Shown here piece after piece: positions 14,633-28,269 of a stretch of DNA of 64,000 nt (positions are counted from its first letter, which is position 1; every line of letters starts with the position of its first letter). The DNA lies in the NCBI RefSeq assembly GCF_054482525.1, contig NZ_CM137006.1, one strand, 5' to 3'. Under the pieces are notes generated by a model. That model worked only from the letters and a program-made list of their open reading frames with translations. It was not told the DNA's origin and did no database searches. The position numbers were made by a program, and so were the translations under genes.

Positions 14633-14711
14633 TATCTGCGCTTATCCTTTATGGTTATTTTACCGGTAACATGATCTTGCACAGATTGTAGAACAATTTT
14701 TACACTTTCAG

Positions 14712-14744
14712 GCCTCGTGCGGATTCACCCACGAGGCTTTTTTT
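14712..14744 (+). terminator. Intrinsic terminator downstream of zwf
   Basis: GCCTCGTG…CACGAGGC hairpin followed by a T7 run. Confidence 0.7.
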
Positions 14745-14866
14745 ATTACACTGACTGAAACGTTTTTGCCCTATGAGCTCCGGTTACAGGCGTTTCAGTC
14801 ATAAATCCTCTGAATGAAGCGCGTTGTGAATCATCCTGCTCTGACAACTCAATTTCAGGAGCCTTT

Positions 14867-16678
14867 ATGAATCCACAATTGTTACGCGTAACAAATCGAA
14901 TCATTGAACGTTCGCGCGAGACTCGCTCTGCTTACCTCGCCCGGATAGAACAAGCGAAAACTTCGACCGTTCATCGTTCGCAGTTGGCATGTGGTAACCT
15001 GGCACACGGTTTCGCTGCCTGCCAGCCAGAAGACAAAGCCTCTTTGAAAAGCATGTTGCGTAACAATATCGCCATCATCACCTCCTATAACGACATGCTC
15101 TCCGCGCACCAGCCTTATGAACACTATCCAGAAATCATTCGTAAAGCCCTGCATGAAGCAAATGCGGTTGGTCAGGTTGCGGGCGGTGTTCCGGCGATGT
15201 GTGATGGTGTCACCCAGGGGCAGGATGGAATGGAATTGTCGCTGTTAAGCCGCGAAGTGATTGCGATGTCTGCGGCGGTGGGGTTGTCCCATAACATGTT
15301 TGATGGTGCGCTGTTCCTCGGAGTGTGCGACAAGATTGTTCCGGGTCTGACTATGGCAGCCCTGTCGTTTGGGCATTTGCCTGCGGTGTTTGTGCCGTCT
15401 GGACCGATGGCAAGCGGTTTGCCAAATAAAGAAAAAGTGCGTATTCGCCAGCTTTATGCCGAAGGTAAAGTGGACCGCATGGCATTACTGGAGTCAGAAG
15501 CCGCGTCTTATCATGCGCCGGGAACATGTACTTTCTACGGTACTGCCAACACCAACCAGATGGTGGTGGAGTTTATGGGGATGCAGTTGCCAGGCTCTTC
15601 TTTTGTTCATCCGGATTCTCCGCTGCGCGATGCTTTGACCGCAGCCGCTGCGCGCCAGGTTACACGCATGACCGGTAATGGTAATGAATGGATGCCGATC
15701 GGTAAGATGATAGATGAGAAAGTGGTGGTGAACGGTATCGTTGCACTGCTGGCGACCGGTGGTTCCACTAACCACACCATGCACCTGGTGGCGATGGCAC
15801 GCGCGGCCGGTATTCAGATTAACTGGGATGACTTCTCTGACCTTTCTGATGTTGTACCGCTGATGGCACGTCTCTACCCGAACGGTCCGGCCGATATTAA
15901 CCACTTCCAGGCGGCAGGTGGCGTACCGGTTCTGGTGCGTGAACTGCTCAAAGCAGGCCTGCTGCATGAAGATGTCAATACGGTGGCAGGCTTTGGTCTG
16001 TCTCGTTATACCCTTGAACCATGGCTGAATAATGGTGAACTGGACTGGCGGGAAGGGGCGGAAAAATCACTCGACAGCAATGTGATCGCTTCCTTCGAAC
16101 AACCTTTCTCTCATCATGGTGGGACAAAAGTGTTAAGCGGTAACCTGGGCCGTGCGGTTATGAAAACCTCTGCCGTGCCGGTTGAGAACCAGGTGATTGA
16201 AGCGCCTGCGGTTGTTTTTGAAAGCCAGCATGACGTTATGCCGGCCTTTGAAGCGGGTTTGCTGGACCGCGATTGTGTCGTTGTTGTCCGTCATCAGGGG
16301 CCAAAAGCGAACGGAATGCCAGAATTACATAAACTCATGCCGCCACTTGGTGTATTATTGGACCGGTGTTTCAAAATTGCGTTAGTTACTGATGGACGAC
16401 TCTCCGGCGCTTCAGGTAAAGTGCCGTCAGCTATCCACGTAACACCAGAAGCCTACGATGGCGGGCTGCTGGCAAAAGTGCGCGACGGGGACATCATTCG
16501 TGTGAATGGACAGACAGGCGAACTGACGCTGCTGGTAGACGAAGCGGAACTGGCTGCTCGCGAACCACACATTCCTGACCTGAGCGCGTCACGCGTGGGA
16601 ACAGGACGTGAATTATTCAGCGCCTTGCGTGAAAAACTGTCCGGTGCCGAACAGGGCGCAACCTGTATCACTTTTTAA
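14867..16678 (+). CDS. edd: Phosphogluconate dehydratase
   Basis: 603-aa ORF of the IlvD/Edd dehydratase family; followed directly by eda. Confidence 0.95.
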   Translation: MNPQLLRVTNRIIERSRETRSAYLARIEQAKTSTVHRSQLACGNLAHGFAACQPEDKASLKSMLRNNIAIITSYNDMLSAHQPYEHYPEIIRKALHEANAVGQVAGGVPAMCDGVTQGQDGMELSLLSREVIAMSAAVGLSHNMFDGALFLGVCDKIVPGLTMAALSFGHLPAVFVPSGPMASGLPNKEKVRIRQLYAEGKVDRMALLESEAASYHAPGTCTFYGTANTNQMVVEFMGMQLPGSSFVHPDSPLRDALTAAAARQVTRMTGNGNEWMPIGKMIDEKVVVNGIVALLATGGSTNHTMHLVAMARAAGIQINWDDFSDLSDVVPLMARLYPNGPADINHFQAAGGVPVLVRELLKAGLLHEDVNTVAGFGLSRYTLEPWLNNGELDWREGAEKSLDSNVIASFEQPFSHHGGTKVLSGNLGRAVMKTSAVPVENQVIEAPAVVFESQHDVMPAFEAGLLDRDCVVVVRHQGPKANGMPELHKLMPPLGVLLDRCFKIALVTDGRLSGASGKVPSAIHVTPEAYDGGLLAKVRDGDIIRVNGQTGELTLLVDEAELAAREPHIPDLSASRVGTGRELFSALREKLSGAEQGATCITF

Positions 16679-16714
16679 GACGACAAATTTGTAATCAGGC
16701 GAGAGAAAACTCTG

Positions 16715-17356
16715 ATGAAAAACTGGAAAACAAGTGCAGAATCAATCCTGACCACCGGCCCGGTTGTACCGGTTATCGTGGTAAAAAAACTGGAACACGC
16801 GGTGCCGATGGCAAAAGCGTTGGTTGCTGGTGGGGTGCGCGTTCTGGAAGTGACTCTGCGTACCGAGTGTGCAGTTGACGCTATCCGTGCTATCGCCAAA
16901 GAAGTGCCTGAAGCGATTGTGGGTGCCGGTACGGTGCTGAATCCACAGCAGCTGGCAGAAGTCACCGAAGCGGGTGCACAGTTCGCAATTAGCCCGGGGC
17001 TGACCGAGCCGCTGCTGAAGGCTGCTACCGAAGGGACTATTCCTCTGATTCCGGGGATCAGCACTGTTTCCGAACTGATGCTGGGTATGGACTACGGTTT
17101 GAAAGAGTTCAAATTCTTCCCGGCTGAAGCTAACGGCGGTGTGAAAGCCCTGCAGGCGATCGCGGGTCCGTTCTCCCAGGTCCGTTTCTGCCCGACGGGT
17201 GGTATTTCTCCGGCTAACTACCGTGACTACCTGGCGCTGAAAAGCGTGCTGTGCATCGGTGGTTCCTGGCTGGTTCCGGCAGATGCGCTGGAAGCGGGCG
17301 ATTACGACCGCATTACTAAGCTGGCGCGTGAAGCTGTAGAAGGCGCTAAGCTGTAA
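16715..17356 (+). CDS. eda: KDPG / KHG aldolase
   Basis: 213-aa [53 protein letters not shown]…; matches Eda. Confidence 0.95.
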
Positions 17357-17361
17357 AAGTC

Positions 17362-17391
17362 AAAATGCCCGATCGAGGATCGGGCATTTTT
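17362..17391. terminator. Bidirectional intrinsic terminator between convergent eda and purT
   Basis: ATGCCCGATC…GATCGGGCAT hairpin flanked by an A-run and a T-run. Confidence 0.75.
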
Positions 17392-17410
17392 GTAGCGTTT
17401 TTCGCCGGGG

Positions 17411-18589
17411 TTAAGCTTGTACTTTTATCTGTGCTGCGGCGTGCTTTGCGCGCTCAATCGCTTCATCAACACTCTCTGCAGTAGCCAGTGCCACCCCCAG
17501 ACGACGGCTGCCATCAATTTCCGGCTTACCAAATAAACGAATCTGTAGGCCTGCGCCTACGGCATTCTGCACATTATCAAACGTGACATTCTGACTGGTC
17601 AGTTGTGGCAGGATAACGGCAGAAGCTGCAGGACCATACTGACGGATCCCGCCAACCGGAAGTCCGAGGAAGGCACGTACATGCAGGGCAAACTCTGAGA
17701 GATCCTGAGAAATTAACGTCACCATCCCGGTATCATGTGGACGAGGGGAGACCTCACTGAAAATCACCTCATCACCACAGACAAACAGCTCGACACCAAA
17801 CAGACCATAACCGCCCAGTGCCAGCACCACTTTACGGGCAATCTCTTGCGCACGTTCAAGGGCAAGCTGGCTCATTTGCTGTGGTTGCCAGGATTCACGG
17901 TAGTCGCCATCTTCCTGGCGATGACCTACTGGTGCACAGAAATGGACGCCATCCACCGCGCTGACGGTTAGCAGGGTAATTTCGAAGTCAAACTTAACGA
18001 CGCCTTCAACAATTACGCGGCCCGCTCCGGCGCGACCGCCTTGCTGAGCGTACTCCCATGCATGAGCAAGTTGCTCTGCAGAACGAATAAACGTCTGCCC
18101 CTTGCCGGAGGAACTCATCACCGGTTTAACAATGCAGGGATAGCCGATTTCAGCAACCGCCTCGCGGAAAAGGTTTTCGTTATCGGCAAAACGATAAGTG
18201 GAAGTGGGCAGCTGCAGCTCTTCTGCCGCCAGGCGACGGATACCCTCGCGATTCATCGTTAATTTCGTTGCGCGCGCGCAGGGGACAACATTCAGTCCTT
18301 CCTCTTCAAGTTGGATCAGCATATCGGTGGCAATAGCTTCGATCTCCGGCACGATATAATGTGGTTTTTCCAGTTCAACCACACGGCGTAATGCATCACC
18401 ATCAAGCATATTAATGACATGGGAGCGATGCGCGACATGCATGGCTGGTGCGTCGGCATAGCGATCAACGGCAATCACTTCTACGCCGAGACGCTGACAC
18501 TCGATTGCCACTTCTTTACCCAGTTCACCGGAGCCTAATAACATCACGCGAGTTGCTGCCGGACGCAGCGCAGTGCCTAATAACGTCAT
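17411..18589 (-). CDS. purT: Formate-dependent phosphoribosylglycinamide formyltransferase (GAR transformylase 2)
   Basis: 392-aa ATP-grasp [47 protein letters not shown]…; matches PurT. Confidence 0.93.
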   Translation of the reverse strand: MTLLGTALRPAATRVMLLGSGELGKEVAIECQRLGVEVIAVDRYADAPAMHVAHRSHVINMLDGDALRRVVELEKPHYIVPEIEAIATDMLIQLEEEGLNVVPCARATKLTMNREGIRRLAAEELQLPTSTYRFADNENLFREAVAEIGYPCIVKPVMSSSGKGQTFIRSAEQLAHAWEYAQQGGRAGAGRVIVEGVVKFDFEITLLTVSAVDGVHFCAPVGHRQEDGDYRESWQPQQMSQLALERAQEIARKVVLALGGYGLFGVELFVCGDEVIFSEVSPRPHDTGMVTLISQDLSEFALHVRAFLGLPVGGIRQYGPAASAVILPQLTSQNVTFDNVQNAVGAGLQIRLFGKPEIDGSRRLGVALATAESVDEAIERAKHAAAQIKVQA

Positions 18590-18626
18590 AACGAATATCC
18601 CCTGATTAATTCCGCGCGCAGTATAA

Positions 18627-18642
18627 ACGAAAACGTTTGCGC
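18627..18642. promoter_or_regulatory. PurR operator-like site upstream of purT
   Basis: ACGAAAACGTTTGCGC, a palindrome fitting the PurR box core AAACGTTT, about 40 bp upstream of the purT start on the opposite strand. Confidence 0.6.
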
Positions 18643-18687
18643 GTGTCTTTATTGCTGATGTTGATTTCCCAACCGAAAAGAAATATA

Positions 18688-18703
18688 CTGTATAAAATCA
18701 CAG
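18688..18703. promoter_or_regulatory. LexA operator (SOS box) upstream of yebG
   Basis: CTGTATAAAATCACAG matches CTGT-N8-ACAG; 20 bp upstream of the yebG start. Confidence 0.85.
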
Positions 18704-18722
18704 TTATTATGAGAGGCTGCAA

Positions 18723-19013
18723 ATGGCGGTTGAAGTTAAATACGTAGTCATTCGTGAGGGCGAAGAGAAAATGTCGTTTACCAGCAAAAAGGAAGCCGAT
18801 GCTTATGACAAAATGCTTGATACGGCGGATCTGCTTGACACCTGGCTGACAAATTCTCCAGTGCAAATGGAAGACGAGCAACGTGAAGCCCTTTCGCTAT
18901 GGCTGGCAGAACAAAAAGATGTGCTTAGCACCATTCTGAAAACCGGCAAATTACCGTCCCCACAGGTCGTCGGTGCTGAATCCGAAGAGGAAGATGCCTC
19001 ACACGCGGCCTGA
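18723..19013 (+). CDS. yebG: SOS-inducible protein YebG
   Basis: 96-aa ORF MAVEVKYVVIREGEEKMSFTSKKEADAYDKMLD…; LexA box upstream. Confidence 0.9.
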   Translation: MAVEVKYVVIREGEEKMSFTSKKEADAYDKMLDTADLLDTWLTNSPVQMEDEQREALSLWLAEQKDVLSTILKTGKLPSPQVVGAESEEEDASHAA

Positions 19014-19031
19014 AGCAACTTGCGCTCCTGA

Positions 19032-19436
<405 letters not shown>

Positions 19437-19762
19437 TGGCTTCTGATAATTCGATTGACCGTTGGCGGATGCGGCGCGAATGCCTTGTCCGCCCCACAAC
19501 GCACCACAATCGTAGGCCTGAGAAGACGCAACAGCGTCGCATCGGGCAATCAGCATCAAACAGTGCTACTCAAAACGTCAAACTACTTTCACCTAAAATA
19601 CCCTTATCACCTGATATACAGTGAACACCTTACCTGGCGCGAATTTCTTTGAATAACGGCCTACCGACCCGCTTATTTGCGCATCTTTTGTCTCGATATA
19701 CATTTTCTGACATCCTCATCCGCTATGCTACAGGCACTAAAAATGGTTATTGAGGAGCAAAT

Positions 19763-20422
19763 ATGGCTAACTGGTTAAATCAACTGCAATCCTTGCTTGG
19801 GCAAAGCAGTTCTTCTGCCTCCTCGTCTGCGGATCAGGGATTGGGCAAACTTTTAGTGCCAGGCGCATTAGGCGGACTGGCTGGGCTGCTGGTCGCAAAT
19901 AAATCAGCACGTAAACTTCTTACGAAATATGGCACCAACGCGTTACTGGTTGGCGGCGGAGCGGTCGCGGGTACGGTGCTGTGGAATAAATACAAAGATA
20001 AAATTCGCGCGGCGCATCAGGACGAACCGCAGTTTGGCGCGCAAAGTACGCCGCTGGATGAGCGTACGGAACGTTTGATCCTTGCGCTGGTCTTTGCCGC
20101 TAAAAGTGATGGTCATATTGATGCCAAAGAACGTGCGGCAATCGACCTGCAATTGCGTGAAGCCGGCGTGGAAGAACAGGGGCGTGTACTCATTGAGCAG
20201 GCAATCGAACAACCGCTGGATCCACAACGCCTGGCTACCGGGGTCCGCAATGAAGAAGAGGCGCTGGAAATCTATTTCCTGAGCTGCGCGGCTATTGATA
20301 TTGACCATTTTATGGAACGCAGTTACCTGAATGCACTGGGTGACGCGCTGAAAATCCCCCAGGATGTTCGTGACGGCATTGAACGCGATCTCGAACAGCA
20401 AAAACGTACTTTGGCGGAATAA
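19763..20422 (+). CDS. yebE: Inner-membrane protein YebE (DUF533)
   Basis: 219-aa [41 protein letters not shown]…; matches YebE. Confidence 0.88.
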   Translation: MANWLNQLQSLLGQSSSSASSSADQGLGKLLVPGALGGLAGLLVANKSARKLLTKYGTNALLVGGGAVAGTVLWNKYKDKIRAAHQDEPQFGAQSTPLDERTERLILALVFAAKSDGHIDAKERAAIDLQLREAGVEEQGRVLIEQAIEQPLDPQRLATGVRNEEEALEIYFLSCAAIDIDHFMERSYLNALGDALKIPQDVRDGIERDLEQQKRTLAE

Positions 20423-20585
20423 TTCCGCTCTCTGGATAGCCTGAAGTTGACTATTTCGGGCTATCCAGAACCGCACAGCCATTTGAGCAGGCTGATTTTC
20501 TCTGTCTGCATAACATTCGATATCCGCGCCATTACCTGTCATCATGTGACTGCTCCCCGCCCTGTCGGGCGAGGCTTCCCACTTC

Positions 20586-21762
20586 TTAAGCCGCAACCGT
20601 CTGTGTGACGGATTTACGCTGGCCTCCATGGGCAGAAACGACGAGTCCCGCCGCTTGTAATTCCAGTATGCCCTTGCGTTTGATGTTGAGCGCCGCGTTG
20701 ATATCGCGGTCATGTTCAACTCCACACTCTGGACACTGCCAGATGCGCTTATGTAATGGCATCTCCGACATTTTGTGACAGCAGCAGTGGCAGGTCTTCG
20801 AACTGGCGAACCATTGATCCAGTTTCACCAGATGCACACCTTTCTCTGTTGCTTTGTATTCCAGTTTTGTGATGAATCCAGACCATCCAGCATCGCCTAT
20901 CGCACGAGCCAGATGGTGATTTTTCATCATATTTGCCGTTTTCAATGTCTCGACAATTACCGCTTGGTTTTCGTCAACAATTGCGCGAGATAACTTGTGC
21001 TGGAAATCGGCACGGGCACTGGCTACCCGTTCGTGAACGGCTGCAAGTTGTATTCTGGCTTTGCGCCTGTTTGCGCTCCCTTTTTTCTTACGGGACAGTG
21101 CTTCCTGCTTCCTGCTTCCGGCGCAGGTTGCGACTTGCATTGATTAGGTGGCGGGGACTGGCAATTTTATTGCCGTCCGATTTGATGACAAAATGCGCCA
21201 GCCCCATATCCAGCCCTGTCACATTTGATATCAGTGCGGGCTTTGCCGGCGCTTCCATCCCGTCGTCACAGAGTAACGACGCGTAGTATTTCCCGGTTGC
21301 GCTGCGGCTCAACGTGATACTTTTCAGCATTCCCGTAATTTCACGATGTAAACGCGCTTCAATCGGCAAGATTTTCGGTATTTTTATCGCACCATCAAGG
21401 ACTTTTATGCCAACACAATGATAGCTCGATTGTCTGCCGTGTTTACTTTTAAAGGTTGGTTTACCTGCTTTCAGTTTCGGATTGAAAAAGTTAGAAAAAG
21501 CCACGTCGAGGTTAATTACCGCCTGCTGCAACGCAATAGAATCATATTCTTTAAGCCATCCATACCGGCGGGATTTCTTCGCCACTGCAAGCAGTGGTTT
21601 GAGGTCTTTACGCGGGTTTAAATTTACGCGGTGCCGCTGGTAAGAATGTTTCTTGATATGCAGAGCTTTGTTGTACGCAAAACGCACTGCACCGAACTGG
21701 GCGTTGATAAATTCAGCCTGTTCTGGTGTCGGATAGATGCGTACTTTTGTTGCTCTTAACAT
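20586..21762 (-). pseudogene. tnpB: tnpB (OrfB_IS605 / RuvC-like RNA-guided nuclease family), frameshifted
   Basis: Two consecutive minus-strand ORFs in different frames (21088-21762 and 20586-21140). The N-terminal part has TnpB-like start MLRATKVRIYPTPEQAEFIN… and the RuvC-I motif GLDMGL; the C-terminal part has the RuvC-II region, a CxxC…CxxC zinc finger and RuvC-III. The frame break coincides with three tandem copies of TGCTTCC at 21099-21119. Confidence 0.8.
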
Positions 21763-21818
21763 AATCAGCGCTCATTGATATAATGCTTTTATTTTAACAC
21801 TTTAGGTGAATATATCAA

Positions 21819-22232
21819 TTGAGTAATCATGATGATTTACTGGCGGGATTTCTCCGCAAACGACACAGTGTCAGTAAGCTGGTTGTGCACCTTATTTTTA
21901 CGACAAAGTATCGACGCAAACTATTCGACAGTCAGATGATCGCTCAGTTGCGTGAGGCTTTTGGCTCCGCTGCGGCAAAGCTTGAATGCGAAATTATTGA
22001 GATGGACGGGGAGCCAGACCATGTACACCTGCTGGTTGCCTACCCGCCAAAACTGGCGGTCAGTGTGATGGTCAATAATTTAAAATCGGTATCATCACGT
22101 TTGCTACGCCAGCAGAACGCGCATTTACGTATGCAGAGTAAAACGGGGCTTTTGTGGTCGAGATCGTACTTTGTCTGTAGCACCGGAGAGGCAACGATTG
22201 AAACGCTCAGAGCCTACGTTCAGAGTCAGTAA
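21819..22232 (+). CDS. tnpA: IS200/IS605-family Y1 (HuH) transposase TnpA
   Basis: 137-aa ORF with HuH motif (…PDHVHLLVAYPPK…) and a C-terminal catalytic-Tyr region (…RSYFVCSTGEA…); divergent from tnpB. Confidence 0.8.
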   Translation: MSNHDDLLAGFLRKRHSVSKLVVHLIFTTKYRRKLFDSQMIAQLREAFGSAAAKLECEIIEMDGEPDHVHLLVAYPPKLAVSVMVNNLKSVSSRLLRQQNAHLRMQSKTGLLWSRSYFVCSTGEATIETLRAYVQSQ

Positions 22233-22373
22233 ACACCTGATTGATCTTTAAAGCCCTGCGGGCTTTTCGCCTTATATCCCCGCCCGCATTGGGCGAGGGT
22301 TTACGGCGTTTTTCGCTAAGCAATGACTACCCTGTTTCGCTTGCATCTCCGGTGAGTTTTGCCACCCTTATAA

Positions 22374-25120
<2,747 letters not shown>

Positions 25121-25143
25121 GGCATGCTCCAGGCCGAAAAAGC

Positions 25144-25800
25144 CTAGCGTAATGGAATGATATCGCCTTGCCAACCCTGTGATGAACGCTGACCGACTAA
25201 CAATAATGAACCACGATCGGCGCGAACGATGAGACGACCATGTTCATCCCATAGTGCACTGTTACCACGGGCATTTGCCATCAGCACGGCAATTGAGTAC
25301 TGATGTGAAAAAAATTGTAAGCGACGGGCCGACGCCAGCAGGTCGGGTTCTCCCAGACATTGCCCTGTCGTAAACAGTGAACAGGTCGGGTCCATATCCA
25401 TACCTTCCGGTTGTTCATCGACCACCGTGATGGTTCTGGAACGACGGCCCAGACATGCACCATGACTCTGATGGTAGATCCCTGGTGTTTTTCGCCACGG
25501 TGCGAACACCGCAATTCCACGAATAAAGCGATCGTTATATTCAACGGGAAGGCCGGCAATGATGGTCATTCGCCAGGTCGTTGCAGCATAACAAAGCGGG
25601 TCTAACAGCGAGAGATCGGGTGGGGCAGGAAGGGCACGTCGCGAATAATCACACCCCAGTAAAGAAAGCGATGGAAAAACTAACAGCTGACATTGTTGCC
25701 TGGCGGCGGCCCTCACAAACTCCAGATGATGAGCTACCTGTTCGGTCAGTGAGGTTTTACGAGGCTCATATTGCGCTGCTGCAACTTTCCAGAACGACAT
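25144..25800 (-). CDS. yobB: Carbon-nitrogen hydrolase family protein YobB
   Basis: 218-aa ORF MSFWKVAAAQYEPRKTSLTEQ…; position between exoX and holE. Confidence 0.8.
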   Translation of the reverse strand: MSFWKVAAAQYEPRKTSLTEQVAHHLEFVRAAARQQCQLLVFPSLSLLGCDYSRRALPAPPDLSLLDPLCYAATTWRMTIIAGLPVEYNDRFIRGIAVFAPWRKTPGIYHQSHGACLGRRSRTITVVDEQPEGMDMDPTCSLFTTGQCLGEPDLLASARRLQFFSHQYSIAVLMANARGNSALWDEHGRLIVRADRGSLLLVGQRSSQGWQGDIIPLR

Positions 25801-25901
25801 AATGACTTCCTTTTCAAAATGACTGCAAATTATGGGTGCGGTTTAGAAAATACTCATAATTTAGCAGGCGTTATGTAAGAAAGTGTAACTCTGTATAAGT
25901 T

Positions 25902-26132
25902 TTATTTAAGTTTGGGCTCGTAAGGTAAACGTGACAGATTGACCGAAGCCAAACGGTGGGCGATAAGCCGCTCGCGAAACCAGCTGCGCAAATGTTCAGG
26001 CTGTTCACGTTCAACCGCTTCAGCGATCACCGGCATATTGTAGCGTTCTTTAAATGCCACCCCGGCCGCCGCCAAATCGACATTCACTTTATCCATTTCT
26101 GTTTGATCCAGTTTAGCCAGATTCTTCAGCAT
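25902..26132 (-). CDS. holE: DNA polymerase III theta subunit
   Basis: ATG (complement 26130-26132) gives [52 protein letters not shown]…; 76 aa. Confidence 0.9.
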
Positions 26133-26270
26133 TCTTAATCTCCTCATCATTCGCGGGCAAAAGTTACTAAGAGTGAGCCTGGATGGCAAGCCGGAATTGA
26201 TGATCCTCGACTCAGACATTAGACAAGGTTATGCTCTGTAAAAAAGTTATTACAAAAAGGAATAGATAAT

Positions 26271-26645
26271 ATGACTTCAACTGCACGCTCCCTTCGCTAC
26301 GCGCTGGCAATCCTGACCACTTCGTTGGTGACACCTTCCGTCTGGGCACATGCGCATTTAACGCATCAGTATCCTGCGGCAAACGCGCAAGTGACAGCTG
26401 CCCCGCAGGCAATTACTTTAAACTTCTCGGAAGGCGTTGAAACAGGATTCAGTGGTGCAAAAATCACGGGGCCAAAAAACGAAAATATTAAAACATTACC
26501 GGCGAAGCGGAATGAGCAGGACCAAAAGCAACTGATTGTTCCACTGGCCGATTCGCTGAAACCCGGAACCTACACCGTTGACTGGCATGTTGTTTCGGTG
26601 GATGGGCATAAAACGAAAGGACACTACACCTTTAGCGTGAAATAA
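26271..26645 (+). CDS. yobA: Periplasmic copper-binding protein CopC homologue
   Basis: 124-aa ORF with signal peptide and a mature N-terminal HAHL motif; CopC family. Confidence 0.88.
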   Translation: MTSTARSLRYALAILTTSLVTPSVWAHAHLTHQYPAANAQVTAAPQAITLNFSEGVETGFSGAKITGPKNENIKTLPAKRNEQDQKQLIVPLADSLKPGTYTVDWHVVSVDGHKTKGHYTFSVK

Positions 26646-26648
26646 ATC

Positions 26649-27521
26649 ATGCTGGCGTTTACCTGGATCGCGCTGCGATTTATCCATTTCACCTCGCTGA
26701 TGCTGGTCTTTGGCTTCGCAATGTACGGTGCCTGGCTGGCACCCTTAACGATTCGTCGCTTGCTGACGAAGCGTTTTCTGCGTTTACAACAGCACGCTGC
26801 CGTCTGGAGTTTGATCAGTGCCACTGCAATGCTCGCCGTTCAGGGCGGGTTGATGGGAACGGGATGGACAGATGTATTTTCGCCAAATATTTGGCAGGCT
26901 GTTTTGCAAACGCAGTTTGGTGGCGTCTGGTTATGGCAAATTGTTCTCGCCCTCGTAACGTTGATCGTCGCCCTTATGCAACCGCGGAATATGCCACGTT
27001 TGCTGTTTATGCTCACTACCGCGCAATTTATTCTGCTGGCGGGAGTCGGGCATGCGACGCTGAATGAAGGGGTAACGGCGAAAATCCATCAGACTAATCA
27101 CGCGATTCACCTGATTTGTGCGGCGGCGTGGTTTGGGGGATTACTGCCGGTGCTCTGGTGTATGCAACTCATCAAAGGCCGTTGGCGACACCAGGCTATT
27201 CAGGCGCTGATGCGTTTTTCCTGGTGCGGGCATTTTGCGGTGATCGGCGTACTGGCAAGCGGCGTGCTTAATGCATTGTTGATTACCGGATTTCCCCCCA
27301 CGCTTACGACTTACTGGGGCCAACTCTTATTGCTCAAAGCCATCCTGGTGATGATTATGGTGGTCATCGCGCTGGCTAATCGTTATGTTCTTGTACCGCG
27401 CATGAGGCAGGATGAAGATCGTGCGGCTCCCTGGTTTGTGTGGATGACTAAACTCGAATGGGCGATAGGTGCGGTAGTGCTGGTGATCATCAGCCTGCTT
27501 GCGACTCTCGAACCTTTTTGA
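26649..27521 (+). CDS. yebZ: CopD-family inner-membrane protein
   Basis: 290-aa polytopic membrane ORF immediately downstream of the copC-like gene. Confidence 0.88.
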   Translation: MLAFTWIALRFIHFTSLMLVFGFAMYGAWLAPLTIRRLLTKRFLRLQQHAAVWSLISATAMLAVQGGLMGTGWTDVFSPNIWQAVLQTQFGGVWLWQIVLALVTLIVALMQPRNMPRLLFMLTTAQFILLAGVGHATLNEGVTAKIHQTNHAIHLICAAAWFGGLLPVLWCMQLIKGRWRHQAIQALMRFSWCGHFAVIGVLASGVLNALLITGFPPTLTTYWGQLLLLKAILVMIMVVIALANRYVLVPRMRQDEDRAAPWFVWMTKLEWAIGAVVLVIISLLATLEPF

Positions 27522-27533
27522 TGGATTACGAAA

Positions 27534-27875
27534 ATGATGAAAAAAAGTATTCTGGCGTTTCTGTTACTCACCAGTTCTGCAGCGGCGCTGGCGGCACCGC
27601 AGGTGATTACCGTCAGTCGTTTTGAAGTGGGTAAAGACAAATGGGCATTTAACCGCGAAGAGGTGATGCTGACTTGCCGACCGGGTAATGCTTTGTATGT
27701 CATTAACCCAAGTACTCTCGTGCAGTATCCGTTAAACGATATTGCACAAAAAGAAGTCGCCAGCGGGAAGACTAAAGCCCAGCCCATATCGGTGATTCAG
27801 ATTGATGATCCCAACAATCCCGGCGAAAAAATGAGTCTGGCACCGTTTATAGAACGAGCTGATAAACTCTGTTAA
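27534..27875 (+). CDS. yebY: DUF2511 periplasmic protein YebY
   Basis: 113-aa ORF with signal peptide [20 protein letters not shown]; third gene of the yobA-yebZ-yebY cluster. Confidence 0.85.
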   Translation: MMKKSILAFLLLTSSAAALAAPQVITVSRFEVGKDKWAFNREEVMLTCRPGNALYVINPSTLVQYPLNDIAQKEVASGKTKAQPISVIQIDDPNNPGEKMSLAPFIERADKLC

Positions 27876-27904
27876 TTACCTAAAATAGCCTTTTGATTTC
27901 CAAT

Positions 27905-27947
27905 AAAAAACCGCCTCAGTTCTTTCACCAGAACAGGCGGTTTTTAA
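27905..27947. terminator. Bidirectional intrinsic terminator (yebY and antisense sRNA RyeA)
   Basis: AAAAACCGCCTCAGTTCT…AGAACAGGCGGTTTTT: GC-rich imperfect hairpin flanked by an A-run and a T-run. Confidence 0.6.
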
Positions 27948-28032
27948 CATTTAAGCTAATGACCCCCACGCTTTTTATTGACCATTTTGCACGCAAACTG
28001 GAAAACCTGGCGTCGTCATCTATTCTTAAAGG

Positions 28033-28135
28033 GCAAGGCAACTAAGCCTGCATTAATGCCAACTTTTAGCGCACGGCTCTCTCCCAAGAGCCATTTCCCT
28101 GGACCGAATACAGGAATCGTGTTCGGTCTCTTTTT
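28033..28135 (+). ncRNA. sdsR: RpoS-dependent small RNA SdsR (RyeB)
   Basis: GCAAGGCAACTAAGCCTGCATTAATGCCAACTTTTAGCGCACGGCTCTCTCCCAAGAGCC… ending in a hairpin plus T5 matches the SdsR sequence as I recall it; it lies between yebY and pphA as in E. coli. Confidence 0.75.
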
Positions 28136-28269
28136 ATCTGTTAAAAGCCAGAAGCATTCCTTTCGCTGACTTTATAGTCAACCATAACACACACTCTACT
28201 GTCTGAGTCCAGCATTTTTTAACATTCCTGTTAAGATTATGTGATCTTTAGCGCGGGAGGAAAATATTG

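Larger units (their letters stand above)
20544..22313 (-). mobile_element. IS200/IS605-family element with divergent tnpA and tnpB (boundaries approximate)
   Basis: Contains an HuH Y1 transposase gene and a disrupted tnpB; matching imperfect subterminal palindromes CCCCGCCC-N4/5-GGGCGAGG near both ends (20554-20573 and about 22272-22293); no terminal inverted repeats, as expected for this family; this yebE-ptrB intergenic region is about 1.98 kb here. Confidence 0.75.
27905..28180 (-). ncRNA. ryeA: Antisense small RNA RyeA (SraC) overlapping SdsR; ends approximate
   Basis: Inferred from the known RyeA/SdsR sense-antisense pair at this locus and the minus-strand-capable terminator at 27905-27947; 5' end not determined from sequence. 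Confidence 0.4.

Noticed and set aside
19943-20725. 260-aa minus-strand ORF spanning yebE and the IS right end
   Set aside because: Antisense to yebE for most of its length and runs into the tnpB 3' region; no recognisable protein features; a shadow ORF.
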